Made by a program: the position numbers and the translations under genes
Shown here: positions 49,201 to 61,887 of the stretch, piece after piece
Position numbering within the stretch: position 1 is the first letter of the stretch
How the letters are laid out: each line of letters starts with the position of its first letter
Notes under the pieces: model-generated
What the model was told of the DNA's origin: nothing
The model's input: the letters and a program-made list of their open reading frames with translations, nothing else
The model's database searches: none
Assembly (NCBI RefSeq): GCF_963921235.1
Contig: NC_086097.1
Coordinates: 198,898,001 to 198,962,000, forward strand
Direction of reading: 5' to 3'
From: Mobula hypostoma
Lineage: Eukaryota
Length of the DNA: 64,000 nt

Positions 49201-52200
49201 AGTGACGGAGTCCAGGTGCGGGGCCGGTAACCTGACCTCACCAAGGGAGAAAGTCTGGAACATCTTCGCATTGACCAATTATCGTCTCTTCAAATCCACG
49301 AGCAGGCAGTGTGCGCAGAGTAAGTCTGCACCCAGCAATGGCTGTGATACTGCAGCCAGCGTAAATGTCCATGTAAAGTGGCTGGAACCGAACTGCAAGG
49401 GGATAGTTCTTGTGCCGTAGGTCCAGATGGTGCTGCTGTTGGCTGCTGTAAGTTCCGGTATCGTGGCTCGAGGGGGGTAGGGCACTGATTTCCGCCCCTG
49501 TGTCCACCAGGAATCTACGCCCGTAGTGCTTGTCCCAAACGTAGAGGAGGCTATCATGGTGACTAGCCGCTGTAGCCATCAGTGACAGCTGGCCCTGGCG
49601 TTTCCCTGGAACAAGCATGGCGGTCGGCAGCGGCAGGCCCCGGAACCCCACCTTTGATGATAAAAACTACCAAGACTCAGAAGCGGTGCCTTCCCTTGGT
49701 GTGGGTGTTACATGCTCTGCTGCCGTGGTGTGGGAGGGCCGGGCTTTCGGCCGTGCCGCAGCACTAATTTCGATGGTTTTGCCATTTTGTTTGGCGCGCC
49801 AAAGCACGTCCGCGCAGGCAGCCACCCTGCGCAGGTCTATGAAGTCTTCATCTGCTAGCTGGAGGCAGATGCCTTCTGGCATTTGCTCCAAGAAGATCTG
49901 TTCAAAAAGCAAGCAAGGCCTATGGCCGTCTGCCAGTGCTAACATGTCATTCATCAGGGCTGATGGCGCGCGGTCACCCAGGCCATCCATATGCAGTAAC
50001 CACGCGGCCCCTTTGTGGCGGGAGAGGCCAAATGTGCAGATTAACAGGGCCTTGAGTGCCTCGTACCTGTCTGTTGCCAGGGGCCAATGCTGAAAGTCGA
50101 TAACGCGGCCCGCTGTCTTCTGGTCGAGGGTGCCCACCACATAGTAATACCTGGTGGCATCTGAGACAATTTGCCTGACCTGGAACTGGGCCTCTGTTTG
50201 CTCGAACCAGACCAGGGGTTGAGTGGTCCAGAAGGTTGGCAGTTTAAGGGAAACTGCATTCTGCAGAGCCGAGTCGTTCATGCTGGGTTCAAATGCCGTT
50301 GGACCATCGGGGTCACCAATGTAGTCGCGCTGATACACGACAAGCAAAATCAACCACTGAGTCGAGCAGGGTCTGGTTGAACTGTTTACTGTTTCAATCC
50401 GCGTGCGCTTAAGTGCCCGCTCCCAGCATCCCCCGCTCTTTGCAGGGCGGAAGTGACGTCGGCTTCCTGGCCGAGGTCTGCCCCACACTCAGAGCCCCCT
50501 CGGTTGCCGCTGGCTGCGGACTTGTCTGAGACTGCTGGAGCCAGTTCGCTTGCCGCGTGGGTGAGCCACCACAGTATATTAAAAAAATGTGAGGTAGTGT
50601 CCAAAGCTTCAATGTCCATTTAGGAATCGGATGGCAGAGGGGAAGAAGCCGTTCCTATATCGCTGAGTGTGTGCCTTCAGGCTTCTGTACCTCCTACCTG
50701 ATGGTAACAGTGAGAAAAGGGCATGGCCTGGGTGCTGGAGGTCCTTAATAATGGACTCTGCCTTTCTGAGACACCGCTTCCAAAAGATGTCCTGGGTACA
50801 TTGTAGGCTAGTACCCAAGATGGAGCTGACTAGATTTACAACCTTCTGCAGCTTCTTTCAGTCCTGTGCAGTAGCCCCTCCATACCAGACGGTGATGCAG
50901 CCTGTCAGAATGCTCTCCATGGTGCAACTATAGAAGTTTTTGAGTGTATTTGTTGACATGCCAAATCGTTTCAAATCCTAATAAAGTATAGCCGCTGTAT
51001 TGCCTTCTTTATGACTACATCAATATGTTGGGACCAGGTTAGATCCTCAGAGATCTTTTGACACCCAAGAACTTGAAGCTGCTCACTCTCTCCACTTCTG
51101 ATCCCTCTATGAGGATTGGTAGGTGTTCCTTCGTCTTATCCTTCCTGAAGTCCACAATCAGCTCTTTTGTCTTACTGACGTTGAGTGCCAGATTGTTGCT
51201 GTGACACCACTCCACTAGTTGCATATCTCGCTCCTGTGTGCCCTCTTGTCACCACCTGAGATTCTACCAACAATGGTTGTATCATCAGCAAATTTGTAGA
51301 TGGTGTTTGAGCTATGCCTATCCACATAGTCATGTGTATACAGAGAGTAGAGCAGTGGGCTAAGCACACACCCTGAGGTGCACCAATGTTGATTGTCAGC
51401 AAAGAGGTTATGTTATCATCAATCCGCACAGACTGTGGTCTTCCGGTTAGGAAGTCAAGGATCCAATTACAGAGGCCTAGGTTCTGCAACTTCTCAGTTA
51501 GGATTTTGGGAACGATGGTATTAAATTCTGAGCTATAGTCGATGAACAGCATTCTGACATAGGTGTTTGTGTTGTCTAGGTGGTCTAAAGCCGTGTGAAG
51601 AACCATGGAGATTGTGTCTTCCGTTGACCTACTGTGACGATAGGCAAATTGCAATGGGTCCAGGTCCTTGCTGAGGCATGAGTTCAATCTAGTCATAACC
51701 AACCTCTCAAAGCACTTTATCTCTGTCGATGCGAGTGCTACCAGGCGATAGTTGTTAAGGCAGCTCACATTATTCTTCTTTGGCATTGGTATAATTGTTG
51801 CCTTTTTAAAGTAAGTGGGGACTTCAGCCCGTAACAGTGAGAGGTTGAAAATGTCCTTGAATATTCCCATTTAGTTGGCTGGCAGAAGTTTTCAGAGCCT
51901 TACCAGGGTCATCAGGTGCAGCAGGGATCTTCACAGCTGTAGTTGTGTTCTCCCTTTCAAAGCGTGCATAGAAGGCATTGAGTTCATCTGGTAGTGAAGC
52001 ATCGCTGCCATTCATACTATTGGGTTTCGCTTTGTCGGAAGTAATGTTTTGAAGTTCCTGCCAGAGTTGCCGTGCATCTGATATTGCCTCCAACCTCATT
52101 CAAAGTTGTCCCTTTGCCCTTGAAATAGCCCTCCGCAAATCATACCTGGTTTTCTGGTACAGGCCCGGGTTGCTGGAATTGAATGCCACAGATCTAGCCT

Positions 52201-52570
52201 TCAGTAGACGACGTACTTCCTGGTTCATCCACGGCTTTTGGTTTGGGAATGCACAGTAAATCTTTGTAGGCACACTCTCATTCACACAGGTTTTACTGAA
52301 GTCAGTAACAATTGCAGCATATTCATCCAGATTCAAAGATGAATCCTTGAATACAGTCCAGTCCACCAATTCAAAGCAGTCCTGTAGGTGCTCCTGTGTT
52401 TTCCTTGTCCAAACCTTCTTGGTCCTCACTACTGGTGCTGCAGTCTTCAGTCTCTGCCTATACCCAGGGAGTAGAAGTACAGCTGGGATCAGACTTCCCG
52501 AAGTGAGGGCGTGGAATAGCATGGTAGGTATTCTTGATGGTGGTGTAACAATGGTCCAGTGTGGAAGACA
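46137..52570 (-). mobile_element. Rex1/Babar LINE split by a Gypsy insertion (pieces 46137-46345 and 50574-52570)
   Basis: RT ORFs 50609-52522; (ATTCTG)n tail at about 46137-46148; (AG)n at about 46224-46252. Same family as 20090-21385. Confidence 0.9.
46346..50573 (-). mobile_element. Full-length decayed Gypsy LTR retrotransposon
   Basis: TG…CA LTRs at 50320-50573 and 46346-46571; TSD GTAT; PBS TGGTGACCCCGA; polypurine tract at about 46575-46588. Frameshifted gag (VSLKLPTFW), protease (FLVDTGA), RT (SPWASPLHMVPK…WRPCGDYRRLN), RNase H (TADASD…YSTFDRELLA) and integrase (TSDRGAQF…YHPQSN). Confidence 0.95.
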
Positions 52571-52960
52571 GCTTTATAAATAGAGACTGTGTATACATGT
52601 AAAGAACTGATTAGCTAGCATCTGAAATTTTATATTCATTTCTTGTCACTACCTTCGGAACAGGGTGCATAAGCTATATATTGGAATGGCAGTACAAATG
52701 AAAGACCTCAGTTGAACGGAGAGTGTTGATAAATTGGAATTGACCTCTTTGATACAAAAGTTATGAGAAGATTTTTCACAGGTGTTTAAAATAAAGAAAA
52801 ATTATGATAGCAAATAATGAGAAACTGAGATATGTTGTCTGAAATGATTGAGCAGTAGGGTCAACAACGTTAAAATGGAAATCACAGAATCACATGAAAT
52901 GGAAAATAAATGCTAGTGCTAAGTGAAAAATAGCAGAACAAATTGCATGGTTCATTAAAA

Positions 52961-53178
52961 TAAACACACACAAAATGCTGGTAGAACACAGCAGGCCAGG
53001 CAGCATCTATAGGAAGAGGTACAGTCGACGTTTTGGGCCGAGACCCTTCGTCAGGACTGACAAAGGCTCTCAGCCCAAAACATCGACCGTACCTCTTCCT
53101 ATAGATGCTGCCTGGCCTGCTGTGTTCTACCAGCATGTTGCTTGAATTTCCAGCATCTGCAGATTTTCTTGTGTTTGC
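52961..53178. mobile_element. PLE-derived mini palindrome with back-to-back hammerhead-like cores
   Basis: Inverted arms meet at TCAGGACTGA (53051-53060). TSD GTTCATTAAAA at 52950-52960 and 53179-53189. Confidence 0.85.
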
Positions 53179-54520
53179 GTTCATTAAAAGAGTTGGTAAT
53201 TGCATTTGAGTTTTTGTCTTGTTTGAAGTTTACAGGTTTGGGAAATTGGAAAGTAATTTTTTATTGCTCATTTCTCAACTTAATCAGAAAATCAGTATCT
53301 GTTTTTATGTTAATCATTGTGAATCTGAATTGCGCCTAAAATGAATATTGTTGTTTATGAAGATACACTGATTTGATTATGTTTAAACACTTTGTGGACT
53401 CTTTTAGCGATTATCTGGAGTTAACAGATTGCAGTGCAGTTTCTGCATTCAAACTAAAATCTGAGTGTATGGATCACCTTACTATTTCAATGTAGCAGTT
53501 GGATTAACTTCTCTTAGTACTCCACCAACACCTTACTGGACAATGATTAGCCTCCACAGCCAGGGGAAGTATCACCTCTGCATCTACCATGTAAAATTCC
53601 TGAAGGATTTGGTACATTTTAATGGAATTACTTGTCATTCCTGTAACTTCAAGAGAGCACAAGGCTGGTTAGCTATATTCTCCTTTTATAATGAATCCAC
53701 TATCCCAGGAATCAATCTGGTGAACTTTCACTGTACTCCTGTTGTAAGTATATCCTTCTCAGAGACAAGACCAGTACATAATATTATAGTTATGGTCTCT
53801 ACATGGTCTATATAATTGAAGTAAAATGTATTTAAATTCTCTTGCAGTAAAGGTCAACTAATCAATTGTTTTAAAATACGTTTGCTGAATCTGCAAAGTA
53901 TCTTTCAGTTATTTATGTGCAAAGGCTCCTCAGTCCTCTGAACACCAATACATTTCAATCACTCGCCACTTAAAAGAGTCCTCTACCTTTCTAATTTTTC
54001 TACCAATGCCGATGGCCTTACATTTTTCCAAATTATATTCCATTTTTCATGTCCTTGTCTGGCTACTGAATATTTCTTGAAGACTCACTGGATTTATCTC
54101 ACAATCCACACCTAGTTTTATCAGTAGCCAGCATGAATATGTTATACTTGATCTCCTTATCCAAACCACCAATATAGCTGGTGAACAGGTGTGTTCCCTG
54201 CACTGATTCCCCTGGCATTCCATCACTTGATTTGCCATTATCTGTTCTGCAATGCAGAAATAATGCTCTCTTGAATTCTAGGCTGCTCTTTCACTCCCCA
54301 ACACATTGATGTGATATTTGGAAATACAATGTACAGCCTGGATTTAGAACCATATTTACCACTGGTAAGAACAAATAAATGAATTGTAATTACTATCTTT
54401 TGGCAAAGTGAGAATGTTCTGTCGCATGCTTTACTATAAAGACAGTACCCATTATATTTCAACATCCAACAAAGGAAATGAAAGCCCGAGACTTTATTAA
54501 GCCATGAAGTGCAACATTAC

Positions 54521-54667
54521 CTCATCAAAATCTGCTATTATTTCATTTAGTAAACGTAAACATTCTACTCCTTGGTTATTCATTTCAGTTTGGGAATAGA
54601 AGTCTGCAAATCCCGGAATTGAGGCAAACATCACAGCCACAGACTCATAAGACTGTGAATAAAGTTC
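54521..54667 (-). CDS. ADCY8: ADCY8 coding exon (start of C2a)
   Basis: ag|[49 protein letters not shown]|gt; 147 nt. Confidence 0.97.
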
Positions 54668-55737
54668 CTGGTGCAAAAAGAACAATAATGGAAATAAAGG
54701 CATGAGCAATCAACCACCTGATTGTCAGAGCCACAGTTTATTTCTAATAAAGTTGTTCTGTGTGTGAAAGAATGACTAATCAATCATTTGCATTAAACAA
54801 CATGGACTTCAGTGCTAAAAGTCTGAATTTACCAACTTTTACCAACTGAAGTTATTCTGTACACTAGAAGCAAGAAGCAAATCTGTGTGTTATACTGTAT
54901 GCTGGCTCCAGAATTTGATTTGATTGAATCCAAATAATAATCACATGACCAGTGATCTGAGAACCTTTGACCTAGTATACAGTATATATTTTCCAGATTT
55001 GACTTCAGTGATGAAATGAACCCAGCTCACTTTCTATTTCAAAGATTGTTGATTGTCATTAACATCCTTGTGTCAGCTATGCCATGAAAGGACATCCAGC
55101 GCACCTTGGCAGTGTGGATCAGTGCACTCTCTGGCAGCTAAGTGTTCATACCAGATGTTAAGATTATGTAATATGAAAAGAATCAGCAGACTGGGACATT
55201 AACTGTCTCAAGATTTCATGTGGAGCATTCCTACTTCCCCACACTGAAATGATTTACCTTTTTCTTTGTGATGGGTACACTGACCATGAGCACACTGGCC
55301 ATGGGAGGTGTTCTGGCCAATAGACTGTTGAAAGGTGAGTAAATCTGTGTTATTAGATTTGTAGGAATTCATGAGGTTCCCATCCAATTCCAGTAGAAAT
55401 CTTGAACATCTTTGAAAATACTGAAAGGAATATGTTGGCAGAAGGGAAGCACGATTGGAAGCACATTGCTACAATTTTAACTCCATCACGTGGATATTTT
55501 TGGGAGAGGGAGTTAACACCATCAAACAATATTTATTTTAGGTGGTTAATCCAGCATTGATATGGATGATAATGTGTGATAACAAGGAAGGTGATCATAA
55601 AAGACTATGAGAATACTTCAGTCAATTTTTTTCATTCATTAAAATGATTGTAAAAATATGACTGCTGAGATTAAGTGTCAAAAACCTTGACAACTGATTT
55701 GATTAGTTTTAGGTTTACTGTCATGAAGTGAACTTAC

Positions 55738-55896
55738 CTCATTGTCTCTTTCCTTTTCCAAAAAATGGCGTGCGACATGACTTGGTAGAATATTTCGGAG
55801 CATATTTTCATTATGTTCGCGAAGCTCTTTCATTTCATTCACTTCCTCTTTTGCTTGAACACGCCAAAGGAAATCCAGTCTCGCTGTGTATTCCAA
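55738..55896 (-). CDS. ADCY8: ADCY8 coding exon (helical region after the second transmembrane block)
   Basis: ag|[53 protein letters not shown]|gtaagt; 159 nt. Confidence 0.97.
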
Positions 55897-56818
55897 CTGA
55901 AAAGTTATTAAAAAGTGTAATACCATGATATATCTTATTGAAAATATTAATTTACTCAGGTTTTGTTAGATAGAATTTACACTTTTTAAAAGAATCTGTC
56001 ATTAAAACCTAGGCAAAGGGAGCATAATCTATCATTGTCCTTTTATATTATTCAGCTCAATATTCTGTAGATCACTACAAAGCTGGCTTAATTTAGAGCT
56101 AGAGAAATTTATAGTATTATGAATTGCATAGCTCAAAAATTCAATTGTTTATTTTTTTTATACGTTAACTTGTAGTTTAAATTTGACCACTTCTATTCAA
56201 TCCACGCTTTCAAACATAGGACACACCTACACATGTAAATGTGCATATATTTCACAGTTGATTCATAGACTACAAACATGAAATTAAGCACCCAAAGTGG
56301 GTCACTCACGGGAGAGATAATCATAACAAATGCTGCAACTGTGTTTGTTAAAGGATCTTCACTTATATACAGGTTTATTGGAGAGTGGGTTGGAGAATTG
56401 TGCACCACAGAATGTGGCTAACAGCTATACATGGACATCCCAGACAAGTATTGAGGGAAGATTGGTTTTTTTTTGCTGCATATAGTTCTGTTGAATCCAC
56501 AATATCCATAGAAACAGAAAATAAAAGGCCAAAGGCAAATGTAACTTGTTTGAGAAGATTGAAGGTTGATACACTGATGGGAATCATCTAAGAACTTTGC
56601 TTCTATTTTAATTTGTCCAGAGAGCAATGCATCAGCAGTTGGTGGTTTTCTAGGTCAATAGCGACAGAAGTCAGACACTTTCTGTTAGAAGAGCCAACCA
56701 CTCATTCTTGCCTTTAGATGTGAAGTTAATTGACACCCTGAATTACTTACCATTCATATTGATCTGAACAGCACTGGCTTAAATTACACATTTTACAGTG
56801 TTCCACCGAGAAATGTGT

Positions 56819-57099
56819 GGGCACGTGGCCAAGTGGTTAAGGCATTCGACAAGTGATCTGAAGGTCATGAGTTCGAGCCCCAGCCGAGGTAGCGTGTTGT
56901 GTCCTTGAGCAAGGCACTTAATCACACAGTGCTCTGCGGCGACACTGGTGCTAAGCTGTATGGGTCCTAATGCCCTTCCCTTGGACAATATCGGTGTCGT
57001 GGAGAGGGGAGACTTGCAGCATGGGCAACTGCTGGTCTTCCATACAACCTTGCCCAGGCCTGCGCCCTGGAGAGTGAAGGCTTTCCAGGCGCAGATCCT
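56819..57099 (+). mobile_element. tRNA-derived SINE with CORE-like segment
   Basis: A box TGGCCAAGTGG, B box GTTCGAGCC, then GTGTCCTTGAGCAAGGCACTTAA. TSD AGAAATGT(G/A)T at 56809-56818 and 57100-57109. Confidence 0.8.
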
Positions 57100-57119
57100 A
57101 GAAATGTATTTGCATTAGA

Positions 57120-57275
57120 TAGAAGCAAATTCATATTTTTCCGTCCTGTCAAAGGGTCTTGACCTGAAATATTGACTGTACTTTTTTCCATGCTGCCTGG
57201 CCTGCTGAGTTCCTCTAGCATTTTGTGTGTGTTGCTTGGATTTCCAGCGTCTGCAGATTTTCTCTTGTTTTTTTT
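57120..57275 (+). mobile_element. Degenerate PLE terminal fragment
   Basis: Decayed core GTCCTGTCAAAGGGTCTTGACCTGAAATATTGACTG followed by the shared PLE terminal sequence. Confidence 0.7.
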
Positions 57276-59328
57276 TTGTTTTCAAGTGCAGTGAACAGAT
57301 GGATTTGCTGAGACTATGTACTTTTTTGCAGCTCAGGGATTGAACATGGTCCATGACAGAACTTTTCATGAACCACAATATTGATTTGTCTCTCACCATG
57401 CACAGATTAAGTGTGCCCATTAACAAATAAACCCTCTTTTTTTCTCTACCCATTAGATTTCTCCACTATAGCAGAGGATAAGGTTTAGGGGAAGCAAACT
57501 GCTACAGTCCAAAATTGCCACAGTTCTTGTAATAATCACCAATTTTAAACAGGAATACAACAACATGTGAAGTCTAATTTTCTGCACACAAGGAGAAATC
57601 TCACCCTACATCACTTAGTCATGTTGGTTTTCCAACTGGATGAGAATTCTACAAGTTGAACATCAAACAAACTTCCATTTCAGTACCCAGACACCTGCAA
57701 TTCCCTTGTATGTAGAGGTAAAAGAAGCTTTGCTTAGCCCAGTTTATGCATCTACACAGGGCGCATGTCATTTTGCATGTCAGAGCAGAGATGAGAAGGA
57801 ATTTCTTTAGCTGAGGTTGGCTAATCTGATGGTGAATCATAGATGGCTGTGGGAGCCAAGTCAAGGGGTATGTTTAAAGTGGAGGTTAATAGTTTCTTGA
57901 TTAGTCAGGATGTGAGAGGTTATGGGGAGAAGGCAAAAGAATGTGATTGGGGGAAATAATAAATCAGCCATGACAGAATGGCAGAGGTGACTCAGTGGGT
58001 CAAATGTCATAATTCTACTCCTATGTCTTCTGGTCTTATTGTCTTATGGCTATTTTAACATCTTAATTGGAAAATTTCTCATGAAAATCTATTACCTCAC
58101 CCCTCTTTGCTTATCCACTTACAATGTTGGAGCTGGAAATGTTTGTGTGGTGTGAAATGTACGAATGGTGAGAGGTGTACTGAAGTGTCAAGTTGGTAGA
58201 ATGGATCAAGCTTATGTATGATGCCATGATACTGGACAGTTCTCAGAACGTAACTGTGGGTACTGGTCTCGACCAACTCCTTCCACTGGCTCTTCAGTTC
58301 TGCCTTCAATGACTTTTCTGGGTCTCCTAATGTGTAGGTTCTTCCTCCAGTTGTCCAAATTGCCCCTGAATCTCATAGCTAGCATCTCTGAAGTAGAAGG
58401 TTCACCCTGTGCTAGGCAGTTAACAGTGGTCCTTAAGCTACACAATGCTCTACAACACCTCATTATGCTATCAATTAGAAATTAATAGTTTCAACAGGTA
58501 CATAGTACTCCTGAAATTATATAGACTTGCCCAAATGAAGAAAACACAGCACAAAGTGACGATCCAAACATTCTAACAGTACTGGGCAAAATTGCTTTGT
58601 GTCCCCCACACATAACCATGTTAACATATGCTTTTTATTGGATACTAAATTTCTATCATCCCTCAAAAATTGCATTATGCAAATATTTTTCATTATTGTA
58701 TCATGTCCTTAATTATTTTGAATATGTCTTTTTTTCTATTTCCTCCACATTTCCCTCTTGTTAGGAATGGATAAACAGATTTGCTTTTCAATCAGAGGAC
58801 TTGAAGCATTTTCTTGAAGTTCTGCTTTTGGTTTCAAGTGGAAAATAATTAATTGATATTTGCTTAGATATTAATGTAAACTAATCATAGCCCATGTGTT
58901 TTTCCAACTATTAATGGAAATAATAGAAAGCAGGTTCTGAATCAGGCACATTTAACTTCATGTCTAAAACTCTTAAAATTGCAACAATTGCTAAGTCATT
59001 ACATGACATTAAAGTGAGTCTGAATAGTGACAGTAGCCTGGTGTCTAAGCAACTATGGGGGCCTTATTAACCAAGCCTGAATTTATTCTTAAAGCAAAAG
59101 AAAAAGAACTGCAAGCACTCAAAATCTAAACTGAAGGCAGAAAAATCTGAAAATACTCAGCAATTTATGCAGCACTGTGAATTTGTAGAAAGAGGAACAG
59201 AATTAATGTTTCAGGTCAATGATTTTATTCTCTGGTTTGGTCTCCATGGATGCTGCTTGAATTGATGAGTATTTACTACATGTTCTTTATCTGAAATATT
59301 GCAGAATATTGGTAGCTCAGGTTGGCTA

Positions 59329-59694
59329 TTTGAAAGTTCAGTTGATCGCTGAGCTTGGTAAAATGCTTGCAGATGTTTGGGCTCCAATCGAGAAGCCATC
59401 ATCAATACACAGTTGAGGGTGTTGTCTCCTCAGAATGCCAGCTTATATACTCCTCCAGGGTCCAATGGACCACCTCCCTTGAAACCAGCCAATCAGAATC
59501 TTCTACTGCTTAACTGTTCATTGTGTTTTGAACCAACCAACCAGATCAGGACATCTATTCAATATCCATCCAGACCCCAGAGGAGTATATAAGCTGGCAT
59601 TCTGAGGAGACAACACACTCAACTGTGCACTGATGGTGGAGCTGAAAGATCTGCAAACATTTTGCCAAGCTTGGTGATCAACAAACTTCCAAAA
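59329..59694. mobile_element. Palindromic element, probably a second PLE family
   Basis: 59408-59454 and 59581-59627 are reverse complements with 1 mismatch in 47 bp. The arms extend with decayed CTGATGA…GAAA boxes. Confidence 0.65.
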
Positions 59695-60063
59695 CTTCTT
59701 TATCTTTTCTCACCAGATATAACAGTGCACTGCCAGCAGGAATTGCTGGATAGTGAGCAAATGTTATAATGGCAGTGAAAACAGGTGTTCAGCAATGACC
59801 TTATTGTAATCTTTTTCGAAGCATTATACTCCTTCTTAGTTGTTAACAAAACATCTACATAAGATTAGAAACAGATACATATGCAAATACTTTCAGAGTT
59901 GAATTGAAACAGCACTGTACTGATGGACTCAAAAAGCACTACACATTGATATAAAGGATGTGAAAAGCAGGGATAGAAATTATCACTAACATATACCTCA
60001 CAGCTATCAAAATGTTATTTTTTAAAATGAATGATAACCTTAGGTTATTCTCACTATCACATA

Positions 60064-60595
60064 CACTCAGTTGCCACTTTATTAGGTACACCTGTGTACC
60101 TGTTTGTTAATGCAAATATCTAATCAGACAATCATGGGCCAACAACTCAACCCATAAAAGCATGAAGACAGGTCAAGAGGTTCAGTTATTTTTCAGATTA
60201 AACATCAGAATGGGGAAAGAAAGGTAATTTGTGACTTTGACCATGGAATCCCCGACAGGGTGGTTTGAGTATCTCAGAAACTACTGACCTCCTGGTACTC
60301 TCATGCAAACAGTCTCTGGAGTTTCAAAAAATGTCCAGTTCTGTGGGCAAGGACACTTTGTTAATGAGAGAGGTCTGAAAAAATAGCCAGACTGGTTCAA
60401 GCTGACAGTAAGGCAACAGTAACTCAAATACCCACACGGAACAACAGAGGTGTGCAGAAGAGCATCTCTGAATGCACAACATGTAAAATCCTGTAGTGGA
60501 TGGGCTAGAGGAGCAGAAGATCACAAACATACATTCAATGGCCACTTTATTATGTACCTAACAAACTTTGTACCAAACAAATTGGTCATCCAGTG
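60064..60595 (+). mobile_element. Non-autonomous Tc1-like DNA transposon
   Basis: TA on both flanks. Ends CACTCAGTTGCCACTTTTATTAGGTAC and GTACCAAACAAATTGGTCATCCAGTG; an internal repeat of the terminal motif at about 60530-60558. Confidence 0.65.
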
Positions 60596-61887
60596 TATTT
60601 TCCAATATCATAAACCTTTGAACACTTGATAAATAACCCTAATATATTAAGATGAAAATAATAGCCTTCCTCTGCAATGAACACAGACAATTCTTGCAAA
60701 CATTTATTACAGATAGAACAGCAATGCAGGAACTACCTAGCCAAAATGGATTTCATGACGATTTGCATACTTTACTGTGTATTGTCCCTTTAGTCATGTT
60801 ATTATTATAATTGCTGCGATTTTGAAGGAAGTAGAACTGATGCTGAATTCCCTGAGGGAATACAATTTGAGGCATAATAGTTCCAGATGTGACTGATTTC
60901 AAATGAGAACAGGAATGCACATTATATTTAGGCCAGCTCAAACAATATGGAAAAGAAATTTGAGATGCAAATCCAAGCATGATTCTTGGGTGATTTAGAT
61001 GAACCCCAAATTATGCTGGCAATTGTTAACATACCAACCACCCTAATTATTCATTCTTTCTGCTGCCAGAACACAATTCTTGTAGTGTGTATGTCTACAA
61101 AAGGTACTGCTATTAGTGGTCTAGGTTATTCTGAAACCCTTTACCTATCCCATTAAGAAGGGCAAAGGTAGCAGGTGCATGGGAATGCAACCACTTGCAG
61201 GTTTCCCCCAAGCTGTGAACTTCTATGACTTGGAAATACATCACCATTTCTGCATTACTGCATCTCAGAACCCAACAGCCCTCAGGGACAACCTTGATGG
61301 GCACTGCAGTTATTTCAAGAAGCTATTTCAATTCGGGCAATTAGGGATGGGCAATATATGCTGGGCTTTTCATCAATGCCAAATCTCGAAATTGAATAAA
61401 GAAAAGACACTTTGAAATTTACTGAAAAATCAAGGGATTATCTAAAATAGGAGTAAAATGTTCTTGAGTTAAGGACTATTGATTGGGCTAGATCAGGCTC
61501 TGTTCACTCCCTGAATGTACTGCAGATGTACTTGGACAGGCTGCATCAGGATCTACATGGAAATTCCAATGAGCAGGAGCACAAGAAACTGCAGGGAGTT
61601 GTGGACTCATGAGCACAAGCCTCCTCACCATCGGTACTGTCTACGAGAGATGCTGCCTTAACAAATCAAGATTCTTCATCAAAGGTTCCCACCATCCAGG
61701 CCATCACATCTTCTCACAGCTATATTGGGGACAAGGTACAGAAGTTTGTACCGTGCAACACCAGGTTCAAAAGCAGCTAGTTCCCTTCAGTTATTTGGTT
61801 CCTGAACCAACCGTGCAATCCTAATCACTAACTCAGTGTATCAAAACTATGACCACACTTAGCACAAAAATGAATTTTGTTTTGTTT

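Noticed and set aside
56819..56892. tRNA gene
   Set aside because: It has A and B boxes but no proper acceptor stem or terminator, and continues into a SINE body flanked by a TSD.
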